A stretch of 63,454 bases of DNA, filler included, from Bigelowiella natans CCMP2755 (taxonomy: Eukaryota > Protista > Cercozoa): NCBI GenBank assembly GCA_000320545.1. It is 8 parts of 8 records of this genome, joined end to end, with 100 filler letters (N's around TTAATTAATTAA, not from the genome) between each part and the next. Parts side by side here need not be neighbours in the genome. Positions count along the whole stretch, not along the records: positions 12,033 to 28,843 come from ADNK01002088.1; 7 more parts are not named here. One strand, written 5' to 3'. Below, one piece after another: positions 12,652 through 23,463 of this stretch. The first letter of the stretch is position 1; each line of letters begins with the position of its first letter. A model generated the notes under the pieces. The model had not been told where the DNA came from. It did no database searches and was given only the letters and a program-made list of their open reading frames with translations. The position numbers and the translations under genes are program-made.

Positions 12652-13536
12652 CGTTTTGTCATTTTTACTTGTCCTCTCTCTTCTTGTGATTTCTTATTTC
12701 TCCGGTTCTTTTATTCCCCCCCTCAGCTGCACCCGCATCGGTCATTTCAGGATGAAGTCAAGGCCTTGGATAACTATTTCCGCAATGGATCCGCGTAATA
12801 AATGCATAAATGAGTACACCACAAACAACAGGAATCCCACGAACAAACAGATAGATGATTGGGGTCTTGAGATATCGAGAAGAACCACCTTAGATCGATA
12901 TATTATATAAGTAATATTGATTATGATAATGGTGATGATGGTGATGAGGATGATGGGGATAATGATGATGATGAAAAACACATTGCGTCACATGAAATAT
13001 GCCTCCTTCTATTGCAGATATATCGTTGGGAAGATCAATGGCAACCACTGGAACTTTTACAATGCGGAGAAGAAGCAAAACATCTCCGAGATCAATAAGG
13101 AGGAGGACGTTACGTTTGAAATTTTGATGACAGGTATTCACCGCCATGCGTCTTACAAAATCATCAAAGTACCACCACCTCTTTTCCACCAATTTCAACC
13201 CCCTTTCCTCCCCAAACTCATCTCTTTTCTCTTCTTGAATCTTCGTTACTACACTAGGGCTCGATTCTGAACTTATGGTGCCTTTTTACCACGATGGCAA
13301 AACAACATCTGCAGCGAAGGTAGAGAACTCTTAGTTGCGTTGGAGAGATAGGAGGAGGGAGGAGGGGGAAGGGGGAGGATTATCCCACTATTAGCGTTGG
13401 TCTCACAGCATTCATGCAAACGAATGCAGAAGCACCTACTACAAGTGTCAGTGCGTCTATCTTTCATGGCTACTCTTTGATTATTAGCAAAAGGGAGGGG
13501 GGTGATGGGAATAGGGATGCTGCTGCTGATTATTAC

Positions 13537-13570
<34 letters not shown>

Positions 13571-15241
13571 ATATTATTGTTGTTGTTATTATCATGATTA
13601 TAATGCTATTGGGTGATGATGACTTAACATGCGATCATAGTCAACCCAGAAGTCTGGGATCTCCGAGCTTTTCCCTGGCGCTAAAGTGGACGACTACGTG
13701 TTTGAACCCTACGGATATAGCATGAATGGTCATCATTGCACGCATGGCGCTTTCCTTTCCACCAGCATAATCAACATCTTCATCCATCATTCTTCTCACC
13801 TACCACGTTATCAGCCGAGCGAGAGGAGTAAAAATGCACGAACAAAGCAAGAAATTTCTGCGCAAGCCCATTTAATCCCCCCCCCCCCCCGCCCCCCCTC
13901 CCCCGCTGCTTTTGCTTTTGAATACGTCCAGGTCTACTGGGATCCGGATATTTCACGATACACGTGACACCACAGGAGAACTGCTCATTTGCATCATTTG
14001 AGACTAACATCATCTTAAAGGTGAGTGAGGAGAGAAGTGTGCTTTGGGGAGTCAGTAACGATTGAAAACAAGTTCCGAATTGCAACAAGGAGAAGGGGGC
14101 AGAGAAGAGGCTAAACACACATAATAGGCTATCACTACTATTGTCCCCATCGTCGCTCTCACCCCAACTGATATTAGAAATGCCTAGAATGGTATATACT
14201 CGCCACCGAATAATCTCCTCCTCCTTCGTTCGTCGGTGTCGTGCGGAAATATCTGTGTTCTTCTTCTTCTTCTTCGTATTGGCTGTGCGTTAGGATTACA
14301 CAGCCCTTGCTGCGAAAGTCTTGGACTGTTTCCGGCCTAAAAGGTAGTGTTGTTCTCATTCCGATGGGCGTGATGCTGTGGTATCTTCTCGGGCCGAAAT
14401 GCGATAAATTAAACTGCTTATTTTTTCCATTATTTACTCTTCCCTCCACGCCCCCCCCCCCCCCCCTCTCTCTCTCTTTCTCTCTCTTTCTCTTGTATTC
14501 TATAGATTTATATTGACTCTAATGGGCAATCGTGCCTCGATGCAAAACTTGCAGAAGGTTAGAGACTTTAGGAAGGAAATAGCAACATAGTCATGCTGGT
14601 AGCGTCGATACTGACCCACGATGATCTTCAGTTGGTCTACCAATTTTTTCCTTGCTCGACACGTCGTGTCATTTCTCCCGCAACAAGAAAACTGTGATGT
14701 CGCAGGGCAAACGCCCTCGACGTGTTGTCTCCTTTAGTTTTTCAGATTTTCAGTCTTCAAGTATGAGCTGCGATGATATTGTGAGAGCTCGAATATGTGC
14801 CTACTTGCTGCCATTGCAGCTCCTTCTCTCCTCCCTCCTTTTCCTGATGATGATGATGGTCATAAGGGTGACGACGATGATGGTGATGATCTTCTTCAGG
14901 CTGCAAAGGGAGATAATGCAAAGCCTGGACTAGCAGTTGATTCTCTCTGTGATAGAGGTAAATGATGAAGACAGTGACGCAACTTAATCTTGACATGATG
15001 ACGGATCGTCATTATCCTCTTCATCATCATCATCATCATCCTCATCGTCATCATCATCATCGCCGTCATAACTGCATGCGTAGGTTTCCAAGCTGAGGAC
15101 GATATTCTCCTTAAGTTTGAGCATTACGACTTAATCTTCCTACAGTTTCGCCCAAAAAGTACTGGGAAAATTAAGCAGCCTTCATCCATGGAACACGACA
15201 ATGCCGCAGCAAAAGGATCTCCTGAAACGTCCGTTAGATAA
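12132..15241 (+). CDS. AMD1: S-adenosylmethionine decarboxylase proenzyme, eukaryotic type (5' end, including the E/S cleavage site, is in the gap)
   Basis: Exons: MFVYPRQLVLKTCGTTTILMAVPE|ILKIAASVGLHVDDVFYNRQNFFFPDKQ|LHPHRSFQDEVKALDNYFRNGSA|YIVGKINGNHWNFY...DVTFEILMTG|...SGISELFPGAKVDDYVFEPYGYSMNG|...YFTIHVTPQENCSFASFETNI|DYTALAAKVLDCFRPK|...GFQAEDDILLKFEHYDLIFLQF..., with TAA at 15239-15241. The KTCGTT, PHRSF.EV and TIHVTP..SFETN hallmarks are present. Confidence 0.95.
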
Positions 15242-16079
15242 TGGGAGAATTGCCTACTCAAAATGCCGTTGGTGGCAAAATAGCGGTAGCAGTAGGGATG
15301 ATGACTGCGACAACGCCAAAGCGAAATACCTGCTACGGTCGATGCGGGAAAGTGTGCCAACGTAAGAACAGCCCGGAGCACAGACAGATAGCAAATGCAG
15401 ATGCAGATAGAAATGTGAAATGCATGTTAATATTAAATTATTAGAGTGAGCGGGCAGTTGTTGTATGGGTGCGCAAAAGTTGTTGTGATTAAGCCACACA
15501 GCTAGGTTACGTATGTTATTCGCCACACCGCAGTCACATGCCACACTTAGACATGCATTCTGTCATAACAAGCGAGCGCGAATCTCGATACATGAGAGAT
15601 GGATTACACATTGTTGCGTATTCGGGTGCTTAGGCCTTGTTGTCATGGCGCATACTAACTAGCTAGCACACTGAATCGCAACAGCTAGACAGGAAAAGTG
15701 CAAAACCATCATGCAGCGTCTAATTTCCTAGCTAGCAAGCATGCCCATTCGAGAACATGAACAACGTGAAATACATGTGCCGTGGGTGTTTCTTCGCGGG
15801 CATTGTGGCGGTGCATGTCTATCTGCGTGCATGTTGTATCACAGATACATGTCTATTATTTGTGTCTCGATCGAGCGCACGGGACAGCTAGATACCCTAT
15901 TGAACACTAAGCACTCTGGCACTGTCTGCTCATCGTTTGTGCGTGGTGCGAAGTAAGCATGTTTTGTTGTACGTCATGAGCGCAACAACACGCCTGTCAT
16001 CATGCATGTGGCTGCATGCATTGCAGAACTCATGTCAGCTGCTGCGTAGGGCTCTCTCCTGCTACTCTCCTCTCTGAAC

Positions 16080-18520
16080 TTAAGATTTACATTTAGAGCT
16101 CTGGCGCTCGCTACGTACACGCGACAGCGATGACAACGACAACGACGAAACTGACGATTGACGAGTGTGTGCCGTTTTGGAATTGGTACTGCTCCCCAGG
16201 CTCGCTCCTTCCTGTCGCCCTTTCGCCTTCCCTCTTCCTCTACTGTACAGTGAAGAATGGCTTGTACCTGGCTTTCTACGGTTGCTACTACTGCGACACT
16301 TATTGTCATTTTCACCACCGCTTGCTACTACGAATTGTCGTGCACTGTTTGCACTACTGCGGCGACGATTGCTTGTCGTTGAGGCGCGACGGGATGAGAT
16401 GCGTGCTGAAGGTCGTTCGCTTGTTGAGAAAGGCTTTTTCTTCTTCGTCGTTGGGAGCGGGCGCGCTGTACTGTTGCCGCGACCTCGCCGCGGATGATGG
16501 TGACGGCATCTGTGTTGCTGTCGCCGTTCTGGTTGCTTTCCGGGGTGAATATCAAAGATCTCCTTTGTCTTCTGCTCGTCGCCGCTGCAGAGGTAACTTG
16601 CTACGATAAATATTAGGCTGTTTGCCAATCGAGCCTTCGTTTGGAGAAATCTGTTTGAGATGACGACGACGATGACGCACACACACATTACACGATGGTG
16701 CCATGCAGAATCGCTACTGCTTCAGGCGAAATTAACAAAGCTACCGTATAATTGTCTTAGCCCACTTTTTTATCTTCGTCATCCCACGCGCAATGCTCAC
16801 ACCAATGAGACTCGGGCATTGACCAGCGAGCGATTCGACGCTCTGTGCACGATCATCGGTGCGCGAGAAGATAGCGGAGTCTTCCAGAAACGCATGGTGA
16901 GTTAGAAAGCTTACGATTTCGCTGTTGGCATACGAGCTCGTTGGCCTTGTGTGCTAACGATGAGCACATTACATTGTGAGGATGCAGCAGCAGCAGCAGC
17001 AGCAGCGGGAGGAGGACAAATAAAGGAGGTTACAAAGAAAATAACTAGGTAATGTCAGGAGCACCGGATCGTTTAACAAATAGGTTACTAGCAAGCTACT
17101 ATTACTTACTACCTTCAGGCACCAAACGGCAGTTAGCAAGGGCGACTGGCCGCTGCGATCTAACGTCGTGCAAGAGGCCCCATGATGTACTAGCGTCTTT
17201 ACTGCTGCCAAATTCGTCGAATTCACGGCGACATGTAGAGGCGTCTTCAGCTCTCGGTCCCTCCGATCAACCTGATCAGGCCGAACCTTGCACAATCTCG
17301 CGAGCATCTTCGTGTAAACCACCGGCTTCTTCATCGCTGCGAGGTGATGCATGGCTGTCTGCCCGTAAAGGTCGGTTACACGTTCTATATCGACTGTTTG
17401 TTCTCCGGAGGAGGCGTGCTGTCTAGGAGGAGGAAAAGGAGGAGGAATTGCAGTCGAAGGATGATTAAGCACTGCTGCAGGGGTCGGGAGGGGCATAGAG
17501 AACACGATCCCACGTGCTCGAGTCAGTAATGAAGCCTTCCGTTTCTGGCTGAGTACCTGCTGACAGATAAGAGAATAATAAAGTGCAGCAAAAGCGGAGT
17601 AATAATAATAGAGCAAAACGCATCGAGTAAGCATGGTGGGTAAAGTTGCACTGCACTCATCCAAACACTCGAAAAACACTTTTTTTCGTCCTTTGATGCC
17701 CATATCGTGAGGCAAAAAACGCTGATCTTCCAGCAACTCAAAATTTGGCGAATCATGACAACAGCGAACGGCGCTAGGTATTTATCAAGAAAATAAAACA
17801 GCTGATCGCTTTGATCGTTCTGTGATAAAATAAGACAGCTATTGCTGAAACCCTGCTCCCCGCCCTCCCCCCTCTCTCTAGATTGACCTCTTCGAAGTTC
17901 CCTCCCCAAACTGAATCCCGTAGTGCGATAAGCGCTTTCAGAAGCTCCTCCCCCCGTGCGGATGGAATCCTTTGCCGAACCTTCTCGAGGCGGCTTTGCA
18001 CAGCATCGAGTTTGTTTAGCATCCTTGCACGTAGTTCTGATGCCTCAGACTTTGTACTTTTCAAGTCTTCGACGATCATGGACACAGTGTCATACCTGTA
18101 GTGTTCATGGCATTCATTGGAGATTCGTTTCTACTTCGACTTCACCCCACGCTACAAAAATCCCTCTTTTTTAACATCACTCAGTATGTTCGTCTCAGAA
18201 GTGATGATGGCCTGGGAGATGGGTTCCTACATCGATTTCCAGCGTTCAATTTCGAAGTCTTTCTTCTCTATATCGCTCTCGACTGCTTTTATCTCAACAT
18301 GAAGCCGGGCCAGTGTTGTGTCCGTGCACGCTGCTTGTGATGACGACGTCGAGGATGCAATCCCAATCGCAGGTGAGGATGAAGGATGCACCGTCGCCGC
18401 ACTTGCATCATCCTCCTTGCTCATTTTCTCGCTGTCATATACCAACTCCATTTCGATCTCGTCGCCCCAGGGGCGCTCTCCTTCTCCGACTCACGCTTCC
18501 TCGTTCGTGGAAGCCATCAT
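16080..18520 (-). CDS. Ankyrin-repeat protein with an N-terminal coiled-coil and a basic low-complexity tail (multi-exon)
   Basis: Ankyrin repeats DLYGQTAMHHLAA, DRELKTPLHVAV and DRSGQSPLLTAV are in ORF 16969-17736. Helical exons lie in ORFs 18227-18451 and 17774-18085, and the last exon is in ORF 16080-16688. Probable ATG at 18520 (MMASTNEEA|gtgagt). Confidence 0.75.
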
Positions 18521-18695
18521 GAAGGGCGGGCGAAGGAGAGAGTAAGTTTGACAAAAATGCATTGGGTTTTTACTAAAATGCATAGGATTTCATCAATGCG
18601 ACAAACGATAAGAAGTGTTTCAATGTTTTTTCATTTCATCAGTGAGCGCGGAGGAAAATGATCAATCGTCGTTCATTGTTCATTCTCCCATCTAG

Positions 18696-18893
18696 CCATG
18701 TGGTTCTGGCGCGTGCAGATTTGCATCAATGCTTCATTTGTTGTTCATTGTTCATGGAGCGATTGACGTGCATTCAGTTTCAGTTTTTCAGTCAGCCACT
18801 GCAAGTCAATGGCCAGTTGTGACTGCAATCACCATCAGGGTGCTGCGCATGTGGTTTTTGATCAACGCTTTGTTCATTGTTCATTGTTCATTG
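18696..18893 (+). repeat. Dispersed repeat copies B (18696-18755) and C (18845-18893)
   Basis: Direct alignment to the reverse complement of 6513-6569. Confidence 0.85.
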
Positions 18894-19611
18894 CTGACAA
18901 GTCCTCGCAATGATTTTTGCCTGGGGCGCTGCTGCATGCTGTCATGAAGCAACCCGTGTGTCAAGTCCCCGCGCTCCAGCATCATGAGTGCACACAAACA
19001 CACAAGAGGCGCATCGATCATCCAGCTTGTCAGCACTGCGTTCGTGCACATCTTGTCGGAAGTTGGAATGTCAAAGTGAGCACCAACTCTTGGCACCATT
19101 GTCGATCGCATCGCATCAATTGGCAATCAATCAGGCAACGACTCACACCAACAGCAGTGCACGGTCAGGGCGGTTTCGTTCAATTTGCAGCGACGATGAC
19201 GAAAGCTTGAGTGGGCTAGTGGGGCACGTGAAAGTTTTTGTTGCATGCTTCGCAGGCTGGCACAAGCAGCTAGCAAGGCTTTCAATCTGCTGTGCGTGAA
19301 ACAACGTGCAAGTGGACATGAACATGCTGTGTTGCACGTGAAAAGCAACTGTGCAGTGGACATCACGCATGTCGTGCACACGGCGCACACACAATGCGCA
19401 CGTGCCTTGCGTGGAATGCGCTGTGTCCACAGTCTGCGCGAAACTCCTGTGCGACGCACTTTCATTTCGCTAACAATGTTCGCCATTCGCACATGCTTCA
19501 GCAACAAGATTCCATGCTTTCGCAGCTTTCATGCTGTTGGAGCTCTGTTGATTATCTGATCAATCTCTTCTTCTTTGAGAACGATGGAGAATGTAAAAAT
19601 GCTAAATTGGG

Positions 19612-21419
19612 TCACAACGCGAGTTCGTTGACCGATGTACCTATTGACGTATTCGAAAGAAAAGCATGGCTTCTATTGTCCTTGCTTGAGGCTGTTCTAG
19701 CTATTGTGGAAGAACGCGTTGTCGGTGCGAGGTCAATGGCCACATCCAAAGAAAATAATGTCTTTTGCTCAACCACATCATCGAGTTGGTTCATTTGTCT
19801 AACACTTGCTTTGGATAAACTTGTATTGGACAAGAAAGAAGGGCCCATTCTCCTTGTCTTAGAATCCATCGCTATTGGGTTGCTAGATTTAGGATCAGTA
19901 GTCCCACTGCCACTCAATGCTCTTTTAATTCGATTTTTGCGTAGTCTACGCTTGCCCTTTCGACCTGATTTCTCGATTGGCAATTTCGCTCCTGACTCTG
20001 CCTTCTTTCGTCTTCTACCTTTCTTCCGCCGAGTTCCCGATCTCTTCTTCTGTGTGCTTGAACTAGCACTGCCCTTTCTTGGACGTCCGACCACCTCTGA
20101 GGGTTCTGCTGCCACCAATCCCACCGATCGAATGGATTTGGAGTCTTCATAATTACCCTGCTCTTCTTCTTCTTCTTCTTCTTCTTTTTCGTTTTCATAA
20201 ACAGCATTCGTGGTCAAGATGTCTGTACGGGATCCGGATAGCGACCTTTCGCTACCTTTTCTGGATAATGACCTTTCTCTGTCTTTGTCCAGATTGAGAA
20301 CTTTTAATTCAATCCCCTCATGCCCTTCTTGTTCCTCCCCACCGTTGTTTCCGTATGCTGAGGACGTTAATGAGGCTCCCCTTTCGCTCTTCGCCTCAAT
20401 TAGAGACAACACGTCTTCCTGTTCGTCCTCAGCGATCGCCCGCAATACGTTACCCGACTTGTCATCAGGCGTTTTAAAAATTGGAGTGCTACCCCTGAAA
20501 CCGGACTCAAAAGAAGCCCTAATACCTCCTATGCTCTCTCGTGTTTTCTTATCATTACCTACCACACTGATCCGCACATCCTCATTTAAATAGGGAATCT
20601 CAAAGATGCCTCCGTGTGGCCGAAAGACAAAGGGTACCACGTTCTTCGTGTGTCTGAGAGTGTGCATGGCACGATCGTATTCGCTAACAGAATTCACAAA
20701 GAATTTCCCCGCTCGAACCAGACGCCAGTTCTTTCTCACGCCGCTTTTATAGAGAACAGATTCTTCATCGAGATCTGAGAATACTCTCAGCTGCTGATTG
20801 AATGTGAGCTTTAGCTTTGTCGGGACCTCGATCGACACCTGCTTTAATTTGTCGTGAGTCATAAGAACAGTTACCCACGCGTACTCCCGCTTCAACAACG
20901 ACCGGCGGAGCAACCCTGCAGCCTCGGTCCCATCGATAAGATTATACTTGTTTACTGACACCACCTGTAGAGGTATGTATTTGTGTCATATGGACGCATG
21001 AGCAGCACATTCTGCGAAGGAAGTGGAAAGTTCTTCTAAATATTAACACCGGAAATGAACCTACCTTCATGCCGGGCCGCATTCCTCTGTAGTAGGCGTT
21101 GGAGAGCTGCACAAGGCTGCCGACTCGACAGGCCCCTTCATAGTGCTCGAATGTAAGCGCGTCGTCTTCCACCACCTGAAAATCCACCTCGGAAAGGTGT
21201 TCTTCCTCATTGTCCAGGCGTTTCCGTGAATCCCTTCGAGACCAAAAAACATCAGATTAAAAATATAGCACAGCGGACGGATATGGGATGGGGAAAATAG
21301 TCTGTACTATTCGCAAGTTTCGCTACTATCACACTCGCCGGGTTGAAAAGTTAAGATGTGAAAGAGGGTATTAGGCGCGTGGCCGCGCGCTTACACACAC
21401 ACAGAGAGAGAGAGAGAAT

Positions 21420-21468
<49 letters not shown>

Positions 21469-21634
21469 AGTATAACCATGGTTTAGGAAGGAATATAATT
21501 GCTTCCACGATGATAATAGTTCCAATACGAAGCAGCAGATCTTCGGACACCATCGTCACCATTAGGACATGCCAATTTGAGAAGAATTCCCAATTATCCG
21601 ATCTGCAGGTACGTCAAGTACATCAGGTATATAA

Positions 21635-21690
<56 letters not shown>

Positions 21691-22124
21691 ATCCAAACGT
21701 GTCACATTCTGAATGGCTGTCCCGCCACATCACTCGGAACATATACGAACGTCATGATGACGCACATTTACCTTAGTTTGCTGGATAAGACTGTGGCTAG
21801 AAAGAAGCAGCCGAGATTATTGATTGCAAGCACGGTTAACGCTGCTACATCTATATACGAGTAGCCGCTGTTAAGGAGGTCTTTGTGGCCAACTGGAAGG
21901 ATCTCAGAGCCACAGCAAACCCCATTTGTATCAGCATGCAGCCGATGGATTTCTGGTTTAATGTTCGATATCGCAGCAGCAGCAGTAGCAGTAAAAGAAG
22001 AAAGTTGAGGTGGGGAGGGAGGGAGGGAGGGAGAGAGAAGACCAAAGACAACATGTGAGCTGTACCACTATTGAAGACACACATACACACAACCCTACCC
22101 TATATTCACATTCCCCTCTCTCTC

Positions 22125-22166
<42 letters not shown>

Positions 22167-23414
22167 TATAATATATAATTAGATATTTATATGCGTGTTT
22201 GTGGACCTTGGTCAGAAGCATGAATTTGAACGTCAAGCATGGAGGTTTCCATCGCACGATTCCTTGTTTCAACCAGGTTCTTGATTCTCCGAGAGGAATT
22301 TTCAGACACACGCCTTTTTCACATGAATATGTCACCAAACCGTAAAAATAATATGATGGTGGTAAAGTAAAGAGAAATTGGGACGACTGTTTAGCAGTGG
22401 AAGTTGGATATCAACACGCAATTACCTTACACCACCAGCACCGCTAGCAGCAAAGTTGCTTGACCTTCTCCTCTTGAAGTCCCATGGTAGAATCTCGCTG
22501 TGGCGGCGTATATTTGAGATTATCACACGATACATGTGTATGTATGCATTTCAACAAGTTTCGAGTAATTGAATAAAATTCCAACCACGAAGATCTTCCT
22601 CTATTGAACTTATCAATATAGAGACAGAGAATAACGACTTCTCTGGCTTGCATTGCAGAAGAAAGACACGCTTGTACCTATTCTTGTGTTCTTACGAAAA
22701 CTCTCTCTCGCACACGCATCTACCCCTCCCCCATCCCCTCCCCCCGCCCCTCATCCAACAATGTAAATGATATGATTGTGCGATTGACTACGTCTGTGAC
22801 TCCTGAATCCCAGATTCAACAGCAACATTGGCCCCGTCGTCGACGCCACTTTGTTGCTGTTGTCCCCCAGCGTGACCGCCCTCATTATTTTCTTCATTGG
22901 CTGCCGGGAGCTCGTTTAGCAAGATAGCAAGGATCATTGTGGTGATGCAGCTCAGATCGGCGACATTGATAAGCTCGGAGTGTATTGCGTACTCAGCAGG
23001 AATCTAAGAGAATGGAAGGCATATCTCTCAAAACATCATAAGCAAATTTATGACGAATAAATACAGATCTTAAAGGGCCCCGTACAAGCGACGCAAATTC
23101 TCACAAAAACGCAAATCGGCTTATTTCGTAACATGATCATGGATACCCTTCGACAAGTCAAGAACATATCAAGATGTTATCGGTGTTGCGCTCTAAGCCC
23201 AACACCTAGTTTATAGGTATTTTCATTCCTGTTTAGAAAATATAAAATTTACCCTTCTCTGGAACCCAAAAGCGATGACATATGTCACCGGAAGACCCAA
23301 GGCTACGGCGAGGAGAGTGGCTGCAATGATGTTAAAGTGCACAATTTGAATTTCATCAAGAAGTGATAGGATCATTTATTACGATTAATATTTGACTTGT
23401 GTGTATGTTATACA

Positions 23415-23463
<49 letters not shown>

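Noticed and set aside
18611-19550. CpG methylation decay or fungal-type RIP as the cause of TG/CA richness
   Set aside because: CpG remains common and TpA is nearly absent, the opposite of what C->T processes produce. One repeat column shows TA, CA and TG.
18729-19559. Overlapping Cys/His-rich ORFs (also 5967-6682) suggesting small metal-binding proteins
   Set aside because: Explained by TpA loss, which removes TAA/TAG stops and turns Tyr codons into Cys/His. No splice structure or recognisable domain.
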